Assembly (NCBI GenBank): GCA_963667465.2
Contig: CAXXDN010000002.1
Location: 640,001-704,000 of the forward strand
Length of the DNA: 64,000 bases
Direction of reading: 5' to 3'
Source: Dehalococcoidia bacterium
Lineage (GTDB): Bacteria; Chloroflexota; Dehalococcoidia; UBA2979
The notes under the pieces were generated by a model. The model was not told where the DNA came from, searched no databases, and was given only the letters and a program-made list of their open reading frames with translations. Position numbers and translations under genes: made by a program. How positions within the stretch are numbered: position 1 is the first letter of the stretch; each line of letters opens with the position of its first letter. This document shows, in pieces, positions 18,925 through 27,625 of this stretch.

Positions 18925-19132
18925 CGCTGACTCCTCGAAGCAACTAGGCGTTCGTTCCCGCGCGGACTCTAGCACATCACCGCCGTTTCGGGCGTCGCGA
19001 GGGGGTGCGCTTGCGTTATTCGCGAGGGTGCCGACAATAGGCGGCGCCGGTCTGCGACGGCGAATGCCGCCTCGGCCACCCGTACGGAAGCTGTTGGGCG
19101 CACGCGCGGTGCGCCCGCGAAGGGAGCCCCAC

Positions 19133-19579
19133 GTGCACCTCCTCTCCACCCTGCTGCGCCCTCGCCGCCTCGCCGAGGCCCACTGCGATGGCCCTTGCGG
19201 CATCTACGACCCCGCGTCGGCGCGCATCGCCGCCGAGGCGGTGCTCTCGATGGCGCAGAAGATCGTCGCGCTCGGCGACGCCGACGATGCGGCGACGAAC
19301 AACACGCGCTCGCGCTTCACCGCGATCAAGGAGGAGCAGGCGGAGCAGGCCAAGCGCGAGCTCAACATCCTCTGGACGGACTACTTCAACCCGGAGCGCA
19401 CCGCGAACCACCCGGACCTCTGGCAGACCTTCTGGAACGCCGCCAAGCTCTGCTCCCGAAACAAGACGGAGCTGAGCGTCGAGGCCGGCGAGGAGCTGCT
19501 CGCGACGATCGAGGAGATCCACAACGTCTTCTGGGCCACCAAGGGCCGCGACGACGTCCCGTTCTACCTGGCCGTCTAG
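19133..19579 (+). CDS. sodN: Nickel superoxide dismutase precursor
   Basis: Propeptide ending AEA, then Ni-hook HCDGPCGIYDP; IKEEQAE..K.EL.ILWTDYF, FWATK. Confidence 0.96.
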   Translation: MHLLSTLLRPRRLAEAHCDGPCGIYDPASARIAAEAVLSMAQKIVALGDADDAATNNTRSRFTAIKEEQAEQAKRELNILWTDYFNPERTANHPDLWQTFWNAAKLCSRNKTELSVEAGEELLATIEEIHNVFWATKGRDDVPFYLAV

Positions 19580-19676
19580 CGAGACGGCCACCAACCCGGC
19601 GGCCGGAGGGCCGCACCGCGGCGACCTCGCGTTCGCCCTCGCGTGCTGTGCGGCGGCGGGCGCGCTCGCCTGGTTC

Positions 19677-20051
19677 GTGCTACGCCTCGCGGGACGCTTC
19701 ACCCGCTACGAGATCGCGGGTGAGAGCATGCTGCCCACCCTGCGCCCCGGCGACTGGGTGATCGTCGACGGGCGCGCCTGGGCGCACCACGAGCCGCGCG
19801 AGGGCGAGATCGTGCTCGCGCGGGACCCCCGGCAACCGGAGCGCGCGCTGGTCAAGCGGATCCGGGCGCGAGAGCCGGCCGGCGACCTCTGGCTGCTCGG
19901 CGACAACGCCCGGAGGAGCACGGACAGCCGCACGCTCGGCGCGTTTCCGCCGGAGGCCTTGCTCGGCCGCGTACGCTGGCGCTACTGGCCGCCCCCCGGC
20001 GCGGCCTTCCCCACGCTCGATGAGCGGGAGACGGCAGCGGAGGCGCCGTGA
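19677..20051 (+). CDS. sodX: Nickel-type SOD maturation protease (S26 family); true start may be ACG at 19584
   Basis: GESMLPTLRPGD (Ser), LVKRI (Lys), GDN...STDSR..G. Directly follows sodN. Confidence 0.9.
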   Translation: MLRLAGRFTRYEIAGESMLPTLRPGDWVIVDGRAWAHHEPREGEIVLARDPRQPERALVKRIRAREPAGDLWLLGDNARRSTDSRTLGAFPPEALLGRVRWRYWPPPGAAFPTLDERETAAEAP

Positions 20052-20818
20052 AGCTCGCAACCTGGAACGTGAACTCTGTGCGCGCGCGCATGCCGCGACT
20101 GCTCGAGTTCCTCCACGTCCACGAGCCGGACGTCGTCTGCCTGCAAGAGACGAAGACCGCCCCCGGCGACTTCCCCGCGGGCGCGCTGCGCGAGGCCGGC
20201 TACCGCGCCGCCGACGAGTCCGCCGGACGCTGGGCCGGCGTCGCGATCCTCGCCCGCGAGGACCACGCGATCGAGGATGTCGCGCTTGGGCTGCCGGGCA
20301 GCCCGCTCCCGGAGGACGCGCGCTGGATCGAGGCGACCGTCGCCGGGCTGCGCACGGTCAGCGTCTATGTCGTCAACGGCCGCGCGCTGGACGATCCGAT
20401 GTATGAGGCGAAGCTCGCCTTCCTCGACGCGATGGCGGAGCGCGCGGCGCAGCTCGCGGGCCAGCCGCTCGTGATCGCCGGCGACTACAACATCGCGCCG
20501 GCGGATGTCGATGTCTGGGATCCCGCGGCCTTCGAGGGCGCGACGCACACCAGCGTGCCGGAGCGGGAGCGCCTCGGCGCGTTGCTGGACGCGGGGCTCG
20601 CGGACGCCTTCCGTGTGGTCCAGCCGGAGACGGTGCAGCACACCTGGTGGGACTACCGGCAGGGGCACTTCCACCGCGGCATGGGGATGCGCATCGATCT
20701 CGCGCTGGTCAGCGCGGACCTCGCGGGACGGCTGCGAGCGGCGGGCATCGACCGCGACTTCCGCAAGGGCCCCAAGCCCTCCGACCACGCCCCCGTGCTG
20801 TTCGAGTTCGACGACTGA
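20048..20818 (+). CDS. xth: Exodeoxyribonuclease III / AP endonuclease
   Basis: MKLATWNVNS, CLQETK, GDYNIAP, TWWDYR, RIDL, SDHAPV. GTGA overlap with sodX. Confidence 0.95.
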   Translation: MKLATWNVNSVRARMPRLLEFLHVHEPDVVCLQETKTAPGDFPAGALREAGYRAADESAGRWAGVAILAREDHAIEDVALGLPGSPLPEDARWIEATVAGLRTVSVYVVNGRALDDPMYEAKLAFLDAMAERAAQLAGQPLVIAGDYNIAPADVDVWDPAAFEGATHTSVPERERLGALLDAGLADAFRVVQPETVQHTWWDYRQGHFHRGMGMRIDLALVSADLAGRLRAAGIDRDFRKGPKPSDHAPVLFEFDD

Positions 20819-20922
20819 GCGCGGCGGAGGTGGTCGCAGCGCCTCGCGCTGGTACGCCCTGGCCGCCGCGCCGTACCCTGCGCCGCACGAGGCGCCGAGC
20901 GTGAAGTGATCGGATGTGGGCG

Positions 20923-22026
20923 ATGAACGAGGACGCGCTGCGCACGCGGCTCTGCGAGGAGTACGGCTGCGAGTACCCGATCGTCGCCTTCTGCCACACG
21001 AAGGAGGTCGTCGCTGCCGTAACGAACGCCGGCGGCATCGGCGTCCTTGGCACGACCCAGCTCAAGAAGGACGAGTTCCGCCGCGACGTGCGCTGGATCC
21101 GCGACCACGTCGGCGACAAGCCCTTCGGCATCGACACGCTGCTGCCCGCGACGTTCCAGGAAGGCAACGTCGAGGACCTCGAGGCGCTGATCCCGCAGGA
21201 GCACCGGGACTTCGTCGAGCGGCTGCAGCTCGACAACCAGATTCCGGACCCGAGCACGCCGCCGCCGTGGCAGCCCTCGGTCGGCGCGGACCTGCTGCAG
21301 CGCGCCCGCGACCATATCGACGTGACGATCGAGGAACGCGTGCCGATCTTCGCCTCGGGCCTCGGCAACCCCGCCGTGATCCTCGATCGCGCGCACGCGG
21401 CGGGGACGAAGGTCTGGGGGCTGATCGGTATGACGCGGCAGGCGCGCCGCGAGTTCGAGGCGGGCGTCGATCTGATCATCGCGCAGGGCGGTGACTCGGG
21501 CGCCCACTCCGGGCGAATCGGCACCTTCTCGCTCGTCCCGGCGGTCGCGAGGATGGCCCAGGAGTACGACACGCCGGTCCTCGCGGCGGGCGGTGTGACG
21601 CGCGGCGAGCACCTCGTTGCCGCGCTCGCCCTTGGTGCGGTCGGCGTCTGGAGCGGGACGATCTGGCAGGCGACCACGGAGTCGCACATCGACTCCTACC
21701 TCAAGCAGAAGCTGGTCAGCGCCGCGACCGAGGACTCGACGAAGAGCCGCGCGCTGACCGGCAAGCCCGCCGCGCGGCTGCGCTCGAAGATGATCGACGC
21801 CTGGGAGCAGCCCGACGCTCCGGAACCGCTCGGCATGCCGCTCCAGCCGATGCTGATGGCGAAGCTCATGCAGGCGGTCGACGACCACCACGTCGACGAG
21901 TTCATGAATATCGCCGCCGGGCAGGGCGTGGGCCTGATCGACGAGATCCGCCCGGCCGCCCAGGTGGTCGAGGACATGGTCGCCGAGGCGCGCGCGATCC
22001 TCGCCGGGGAGCCGCTGCCGGCCTGA
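20923..22026 (+). CDS. Nitronate monooxygenase / FabK-like flavin oxidoreductase
   Basis: AVTNAGGIGVLG, IAQGGDSGAH, PVLAAGG, ALGAVGVWSGT, AGQGVGLI. Alternative ATG at 20914. Confidence 0.88.
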   Translation: MNEDALRTRLCEEYGCEYPIVAFCHTKEVVAAVTNAGGIGVLGTTQLKKDEFRRDVRWIRDHVGDKPFGIDTLLPATFQEGNVEDLEALIPQEHRDFVERLQLDNQIPDPSTPPPWQPSVGADLLQRARDHIDVTIEERVPIFASGLGNPAVILDRAHAAGTKVWGLIGMTRQARREFEAGVDLIIAQGGDSGAHSGRIGTFSLVPAVARMAQEYDTPVLAAGGVTRGEHLVAALALGAVGVWSGTIWQATTESHIDSYLKQKLVSAATEDSTKSRALTGKPAARLRSKMIDAWEQPDAPEPLGMPLQPMLMAKLMQAVDDHHVDEFMNIAAGQGVGLIDEIRPAAQVVEDMVAEARAILAGEPLPA

Positions 22027-22038
22027 GCGCTCGTCTCG

Positions 22039-23439
22039 CTACAACGGCGGGCGGCGCGGCCAGCCCGTCGCCTGCTCGCAGGCGTGCGCGGCGCGGCAGA
22101 CCGTCGCCTCGGCGAACGGGCGGCCCGCGATCATCAGCCCGATCGGCAAGCCGTCGCCGTCGAGGCCGCAGGGCACGCTGATCGCCGGCAGGCCGCTGAT
22201 GTTGTACGAGCGCGTGTAGCTCGCGAGGCGTGAGCCGGGGTCGCCGGCGGCCACCGTCGGTACCTTCAGCGGCAGCGTCGGCGAGACCAGCAGGTCGACG
22301 CCTTCGAGGACGGCGAGCACCTCGAGCTCGATCGCGCGGCGCTTCTCCAGGTCGCGCAGGTACTCGATCGCCGGGCGGGTCAGCCCGGGCTCGACCTTGC
22401 CGCGGATCTCGTCGCTGTAGCGCTCGGGGTGTTCGCGCAGCCACCGCTCGTGGAAGGCAGCGCCCTCGACCTGGCTGATCAGCAGCCGCCCGGTCGCGCC
22501 CAGCAGCGGCAACTCCACCTCCACCGTCTCGGCGCCGAGCGCGCGCAGCTCAGCGAGGGCGGCCTCGCAAGCCTCGGCGACCTCGTCGTCGCAGTCCGCC
22601 CAGAGCGGGTTGCGAGGCACGCCGAGGCGCAGTCCGGCGAGGTCCTGTCCCAGCTCGCGCGTGAAGTCCTCGGGCGGTCGTTCCACGGACTGCGGGTCGG
22701 AGGGGTCATGGCCGGCGATGGCGTTGAGGATCAGCGTGGAGTCCTCGACGCTCTTCGTGAGCGGGCCGGCGTGGTCGAGCGTGGTCGAGAGCGGCACGAG
22801 GCCGCTGCGGCTCACCAGCCCGCGCGTCGGCTTCAGGCCGGCGACGCCGCAGATCGCGGCGGGCATGCGGATCGAGCCGCCGGTGTCGCTGCCGAGCGTG
22901 CCGAGGGCGGATCCGGCCGCCGCCGCCGCCCCGCTGCCGCCGCTGCTGCCGCCCGGCGTGTAGTCGGTGTTCCAGGGGTTGTGGATCGTCCCGAAGTGGG
23001 CGTTGTCGCTGGTGGTGCCGAAGGCGAACTCGTGCATGCCGAGCTTGCCCGTCAGGACGATGCCCGCCTCGTGGAGCTTCGCGACGACGAAGGCGTCCTC
23101 GTCGGGCACGCGATCGCGCAGGAAGCCGGAGCCCGCCGTCGTCACGATCCCGGCGGTGTCGAACAGATCCTTGAGCGCGAACGGGATGCCGTGCAGCGGC
23201 CCGCGATCGAGGCCGCTCGCCAGCTCCTCGTCGGCGCGCGCCGCCTGCTCGCGCGCGAGGTCCGCCGTGACGAGCAGGTAGGCGTTGAGTGCGGGTTCGG
23301 TGTCCTCGATCCGCGCGAGGACGGACTCGGTCAGCGCGGCCGCCGTCAGGGAGCCGTTGCGCAGCGCCGCGGCGGCTTCGGCGATCGTGAACGCGAAGGG
23401 CTGGGGGTCGGGGACCTCGAGGGCGTCGGGTGGGGGCAT
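22039..23439 (-). CDS. Amidase signature family protein
   Basis: GPLHGIPFALKD, PGGSSGGS, GSDTGGSIRMPA, GLKPT. Confidence 0.93.
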   Translation of the reverse strand: MPPPDALEVPDPQPFAFTIAEAAAALRNGSLTAAALTESVLARIEDTEPALNAYLLVTADLAREQAARADEELASGLDRGPLHGIPFALKDLFDTAGIVTTAGSGFLRDRVPDEDAFVVAKLHEAGIVLTGKLGMHEFAFGTTSDNAHFGTIHNPWNTDYTPGGSSGGSGAAAAAGSALGTLGSDTGGSIRMPAAICGVAGLKPTRGLVSRSGLVPLSTTLDHAGPLTKSVEDSTLILNAIAGHDPSDPQSVERPPEDFTRELGQDLAGLRLGVPRNPLWADCDDEVAEACEAALAELRALGAETVEVELPLLGATGRLLISQVEGAAFHERWLREHPERYSDEIRGKVEPGLTRPAIEYLRDLEKRRAIELEVLAVLEGVDLLVSPTLPLKVPTVAAGDPGSRLASYTRSYNISGLPAISVPCGLDGDGLPIGLMIAGRPFAEATVCRAAHACEQATGWPRRPPL

Positions 23440-23458
23440 GGCGCGCTCCTCCCCGCCG

Positions 23459-24760
23459 TCAGCGCAGGCGGCTGAGCGGCGTGCGTGCGATGAACTGGGC
23501 GGCGGTGATCGCGAGCAGTGCGACCGCGGCGAGGCCGACGGCGATCTGCGGGCCGATCGCGTTCGCGACGAGGCTGACGAGCAGCGTGCCGAGCGACATC
23601 AGGCCGTACTGCATCATGTACACGCTCAGCGCGCGGCCCCGGTAGTCCTCGTCCGTGTAGGCCTGCAGCAACACGCTTCCGAGCGAGAGGTAGCCGGCCT
23701 GCCCGATGCCGATCCCGACGGCGCAGACGAGGGCAATCCAGAAGCTGGTGTTCACGGAGAAGACGAGCATCGCGATCCCGATCAGCGCGACGCTCAGCAT
23801 CCAGACGCGCCCGCGCTGACCTCCGGGGATCGAGGCGACGACCAGCGAGCCCCCCACCGCGCCCAGACCGCCCATGCTGAGCAGCAGCCCGAGGGCGCCC
23901 GCACCGACGTCAAGCACCTCCTTGGCATAGCCAGGCAGCAGCGTCATGTAGGTCATCCAGAAGAGCGCGACGGCGCCGTTGTAGATCAGCAGCGGGCGCA
24001 TCACCGTGTCGCGCGCGACATAGCGCAACCCATCGGCGAGCTGCCCGAGCGCGCGCGAGGGCGCGGCGGCCGCTCGCGGGCCGATCTCGACCGGCAGCAG
24101 CAGCACGAGCGCCGCGACGTAGAGCGCGGCCATCAGGTAGTACACGTACTGCGTGCCTGCGACGCTGCCCTCGGGCCCGAGCGCGCCGATCATCCAGCCG
24201 GCGAGTGCGGGCATGAGCAGGAACGCGCCGTTTTGCCCCGTAGTGTAGAGCGCCATCGCGTTCGTCAGGTGCTTCATGCCAACCACGGACGGCGTGAGCG
24301 CCTGCCGCGCCGGCATCGTGAGCGTGTGCGACCCGGCGATCAGCGAGGCGCCGACCGCGATCTGCCAGAACTGCACGTTGCCGCTCGCGACGAGCAAGCC
24401 CATCGCGAGCGAGCCGATCGCCCCGCCGGCCTGCCCGATCTGGATGAAGCGCTTGCGATGCTTGACCTTGTCCGCGAGGACGCCGCCCGGCAGCGCGGTC
24501 AGCAGGCCGGTGATCCCCGCCGCGAGGTGGAGCAGGCCGAGCGCCGCGAACGATCCGGTGAGCTCGAACGTCAGCCAGCCGGCCGCGAACATCTGCACAC
24601 CCATCGCCGCGAAGCCGGCGAACATCGAGGTGAAGAACCAGCGGAAGCTGATGATCCGGAACGAGTCGAGTGTGCGAAAGCGCCGCCTGCCCCCGGAGAC
24701 TGCCTCGTCGACGGGAATGGGCGTTGGCGGCGTCGCGGCGCGCTCGCGTGGCTGTGTCAC
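23459..24760 (-). CDS. MFS transporter
   Basis: About 12 hydrophobic segments; GGVLAD, MPARQAL, YRGRALS. GTG at 24760. Confidence 0.88.
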   Translation of the reverse strand: MTQPRERAATPPTPIPVDEAVSGGRRRFRTLDSFRIISFRWFFTSMFAGFAAMGVQMFAAGWLTFELTGSFAALGLLHLAAGITGLLTALPGGVLADKVKHRKRFIQIGQAGGAIGSLAMGLLVASGNVQFWQIAVGASLIAGSHTLTMPARQALTPSVVGMKHLTNAMALYTTGQNGAFLLMPALAGWMIGALGPEGSVAGTQYVYYLMAALYVAALVLLLPVEIGPRAAAAPSRALGQLADGLRYVARDTVMRPLLIYNGAVALFWMTYMTLLPGYAKEVLDVGAGALGLLLSMGGLGAVGGSLVVASIPGGQRGRVWMLSVALIGIAMLVFSVNTSFWIALVCAVGIGIGQAGYLSLGSVLLQAYTDEDYRGRALSVYMMQYGLMSLGTLLVSLVANAIGPQIAVGLAAVALLAITAAQFIARTPLSRLR

Positions 24761-24814
24761 GCGCGCATCGTGACGCATCGGCGGCGAGCGGCATAGCGCC
24801 GCAGCGCCGCTGAC

Positions 24815-25705
24815 TCAGGACGCGGGTGGTTCCCAGCTCACCACCGCGGTCTGCATGAACGGCAGCGGCAGCGCCACCAGCCCCTCGGCGCCCGCGTAGC
24901 GCTCCGTCAGGAGCTCGCGCATGCGCCCCTCCCGCGCCGAGCCGCGGGCGACGAAGTACCGGTGGCGGTTCGAGTCGATCACCTCGTCGACGGGGAGCGG
25001 CGGCGGAGCCGGCGGCGGTGTCGTCGTCAGGTCGAAGGCTCGCCCGCGCGCACCGAGGATCGCGAGGAACGCGCGCAACGCGGGTAGCTCGGCGGGTGGC
25101 TCGTCGTGCAGCGCCGACCAGAGCGGCTCCAGTGGCGTGCCCGGCATGTGGTCCATCAGGACGATCACGCAGAGCCGCCGTGCGTGCGCTTCGAGCGCAT
25201 CGAGGAAGGCGCCGACCTCCTCGACGAAGAACAGCACGCTCGCCGAGAGCGCCACATCGACGATCGGCGCGGCCTCGCCCGGTGCGCCCGCCGGTGGCCA
25301 GCCCAGCGCCGGCAAGACCGCGACGTTGTCGAGGCCGGAGGCGGCTGCCTCCTCGCGAAGCCGCGCCGTCATGCCGGGCGAGCGGTCGACCGCGGTCATG
25401 CGGCTGACGCGGCGGGCGAGCGGGATCGCGAGCCGCCCCGCTCCCGCGCCGACCTCGAGCCAGTGGTCCCCGGGTCTCGCGAGCGCCTCCAGCAGCGGCA
25501 ACTCGGGCGCGGGGTAGGCGTCCGGGCCGGGCGCGAAGATGTCGGCCATCGCGCCCCACTCATCGTCGGGTGGGGCCTGCTCGCGCATCCGCTCTGACTG
25601 CTCGTTGGCGGCGCGCTGCAGCGCGCGCCAGGCCGCGAGGGCTTCCGCCTCGGTCGGGCGCAGCGTGCGGCGTGCCTCGTCGGGTGTGGGCGCGAAGTCT
25701 GCCAT
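24815..25705 (-). CDS. Class I SAM-dependent methyltransferase
   Basis: WLEVGAGAGRLA (motif I), AVDRSPGM. ATG at 25705. Confidence 0.82.
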   Translation of the reverse strand: MADFAPTPDEARRTLRPTEAEALAAWRALQRAANEQSERMREQAPPDDEWGAMADIFAPGPDAYPAPELPLLEALARPGDHWLEVGAGAGRLAIPLARRVSRMTAVDRSPGMTARLREEAAASGLDNVAVLPALGWPPAGAPGEAAPIVDVALSASVLFFVEEVGAFLDALEAHARRLCVIVLMDHMPGTPLEPLWSALHDEPPAELPALRAFLAILGARGRAFDLTTTPPPAPPPLPVDEVIDSNRHRYFVARGSAREGRMRELLTERYAGAEGLVALPLPFMQTAVVSWEPPAS

Positions 25706-25751
25706 CACGGTTACGGTACCACCCGATCCAGAGAGGACCCCCGAATAGTAG

Positions 25752-25779
25752 TTGCCTGCCGACATGTTCCTGCTACGAT
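25752..25779 (+). promoter_or_regulatory. Putative sigma-70 promoter for DUF1640-like gene
   Basis: TTGCCT-N16-TACGAT. Confidence 0.45.
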
Positions 25780-25824
25780 GATCCTCGATAGGTCCGATCT
25801 GGCACGAGGGAGCGACCGTTCGCG

Positions 25825-26139
25825 ATGGCAGCGCCCACGTTCAATACGCACGACGCCGTCCGCAAGCTGCGCGGCACGGGTATCGACGAAGCGGCCGCCG
25901 AGGGTATCGTGGAGGTCGTGGAAGAAGCCACGAGCCCCCTCGTCACGCGCGACATCCTCCGCCTGGAGTTGAACAGTCTTCGTTCAGAACTCCATGCCGA
26001 CCATTCGGAGCTTCGAGCCGACCTGCTGGAGCTCCGTTCGGAGTTGTACCGGGCGCTCTGGTTCTTCGGGGCCGGCATCGTAGCTGTCATGAGTGGACTC
26101 ATTGCAGCGGCTATGGCCGTCGCCGCCTTCGTCGGCTGA
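25825..26139 (+). CDS. DUF1640/CCDC90-like coiled-coil protein with C-terminal membrane anchor
   Basis: FNTHDAVRKLR..G..E..AE.IV, LVTRD, heptad LRSEL/LRADL repeats, hydrophobic C-terminus. Confidence 0.75.
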   Translation: MAAPTFNTHDAVRKLRGTGIDEAAAEGIVEVVEEATSPLVTRDILRLELNSLRSELHADHSELRADLLELRSELYRALWFFGAGIVAVMSGLIAAAMAVAAFVG

Positions 26140-26159
26140 CCTCGGGCCGACGTCATACC

Positions 26160-26330
26160 GTGCGGGAAGCTCCGAGTCCGCTTGTCACGCGAGACATCCT
26201 CCGATTGACGATGCAGGAGTTCCGGTCGGACCTGCATCGGGCGCTCTGGATCCACGGGATCGGGATCGTGGCTGGCGCGGGCGGCAGCGTTGTCCTCGCG
26301 GTTGTTGCCGTCATCGCCACCATCGACTGA
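26160..26330 (+). pseudogene. Truncated second copy of the DUF1640-like gene (56 aa)
   Basis: GTG..TGA frame VREAPSPLVTRDILRLTMQEFRSDLHRALWIHGIGIVAG...; shares SPLVTRDILRL and RALW with the upstream gene. Confidence 0.6.
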
Positions 26331-26397
26331 CCCGCACCCCTCGCGTTGACCGCCACCGCGCCCGTGCCTACGCTCGCGGCGCAGCGAGGAGGCGCCC

Positions 26398-27615
26398 GTG
26401 GACTTCGAGCCCGCCTATACGCCCGAGCAACGCGACTTCCGCACCGAGGTGCGCGCCTGGCTCGACGATCACGTCCCGCAGATCGAGGGCGACCAGGACT
26501 CCGACGAGAACTACGAGAAGTACCGCCAGCTCGGTCGCGACCTCGGCGCGCGCGGCTGGCTGCGCCCGACCGCTCCCGTGGAGTACGGCGGCGGTGGCCT
26601 CTCCGTCGACCACGCGATCGTGCTCGCCGAGGAGATGGATCGCCACGACCTGACGAGCCCGCCCTACTACGACAGCGGCGGCAGCCTCGGCGGGGCAAGC
26701 ATCCTCGTCTGGGGCAGCGAGGAGCAGAAGCTTCGCCTGTTGCCCCCGATCTTCCGCGGCGAGACCGTTACCTGGCAGCTGCTGACCGGCCCCGAGGCCG
26801 GCTCCGACCTCGCTTCGACCCAGACCGACGCCGTGCGCGACGGCGACGAGTACGTCATCAACGGCACCAAGGTCTTCATCGGCGGCTCGCACGGGGCCGA
26901 CTCGTTCTGGACGATCTGCCGCACGGACCGCGAGGGCGCGCGTCACCAGAACGTGAGCTGGTTCATGATCCCCTCGGACCTGCCGGGTATCACCGTCGAG
27001 CGCATGTACCTGCTCAGCGACGGCCGCGAGGGCATCGGACGCGGTTACAAGAACACGATCTACTTCGACAACGTGCGCGTGCCCGCGGAGAACCTCGTGG
27101 GCGGCGAGAACAACGGCTGGAAGGTCGCGAGCACCCACCTCGAGCTGGAGCACGGCTCTGGCGGGCGGATCGCGCGCAACGTCTGGTTCGAGCGCACGCG
27201 CGACCGCCTGCGCTCGCTGCCGGCGAACGGCGCCAACCCGCTCGAGAACGAGGAGACGCGCGGGCTGCTCGCCGACCTGTTCATGGAGACCGAGGTGCAG
27301 CGGCTCTTCGAGCTGCGCAACTTCTGGATGAACCGCACCCACCAGGACATGAGCTACGAGGGCCCGCAAGCCTCGTACTACCGCAAGATGAGCAACCTGC
27401 GCGCCTCGCAGATCATGCTCGAACTGCTCGGGCCGTACGCGTTGCTCAACGACGCGGAGTTCGACCCGACGGGAGGGCGCTTCGACTCCTACCTGCGCAA
27501 CGCGATCGTCGCGCTGCATCCGGGCGGGACGGCGGACATCCAGAAGGTGATCATGGCCCGCCGTATCGGCATCGGGCGCGGCGAGCGCGAACGCGCCGGC
27601 CGCACGGTCGAATAG
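26398..27615 (+). CDS. Acyl-CoA dehydrogenase (alpha/catalytic-type chain)
   Basis: TGPEAGSDLAS, YVINGTKVF, FDNVRVP..NLVGGENNGW, GGTADIQK. Confidence 0.93.
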   Translation: MDFEPAYTPEQRDFRTEVRAWLDDHVPQIEGDQDSDENYEKYRQLGRDLGARGWLRPTAPVEYGGGGLSVDHAIVLAEEMDRHDLTSPPYYDSGGSLGGASILVWGSEEQKLRLLPPIFRGETVTWQLLTGPEAGSDLASTQTDAVRDGDEYVINGTKVFIGGSHGADSFWTICRTDREGARHQNVSWFMIPSDLPGITVERMYLLSDGREGIGRGYKNTIYFDNVRVPAENLVGGENNGWKVASTHLELEHGSGGRIARNVWFERTRDRLRSLPANGANPLENEETRGLLADLFMETEVQRLFELRNFWMNRTHQDMSYEGPQASYYRKMSNLRASQIMLELLGPYALLNDAEFDPTGGRFDSYLRNAIVALHPGGTADIQKVIMARRIGIGRGERERAGRTVE

Positions 27616-27625
27616 GCGGCCCGGC

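Noticed and set aside
6050-18995. Shared CGAAACGGCGG motif upstream of crotonase paralogs 1 and 3
   Set aside because: Opposite orientation and different position relative to the genes; too short and GC-rich to separate from chance.
19039-19117. Nickel-sensing riboswitch in the sodN leader (two GC hairpins)
   Set aside because: I could not match the NiCo four-way-junction consensus, the likely promoter (TTGCGT-N16-GACAAT) would start transcription inside the first hairpin, and such stems are common at this GC content.
19570-19590. Programmed +1 frameshift fusing SodN to SodX
   Set aside because: GTC-TAG offers no plausible tRNA re-pairing or slippery run; a near-cognate start is simpler.
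25825-26330. Prophage or diversity-generating retroelement
   Set aside because: No phage genes or reverse transcriptase, and differences between the copies are not adenine-specific.
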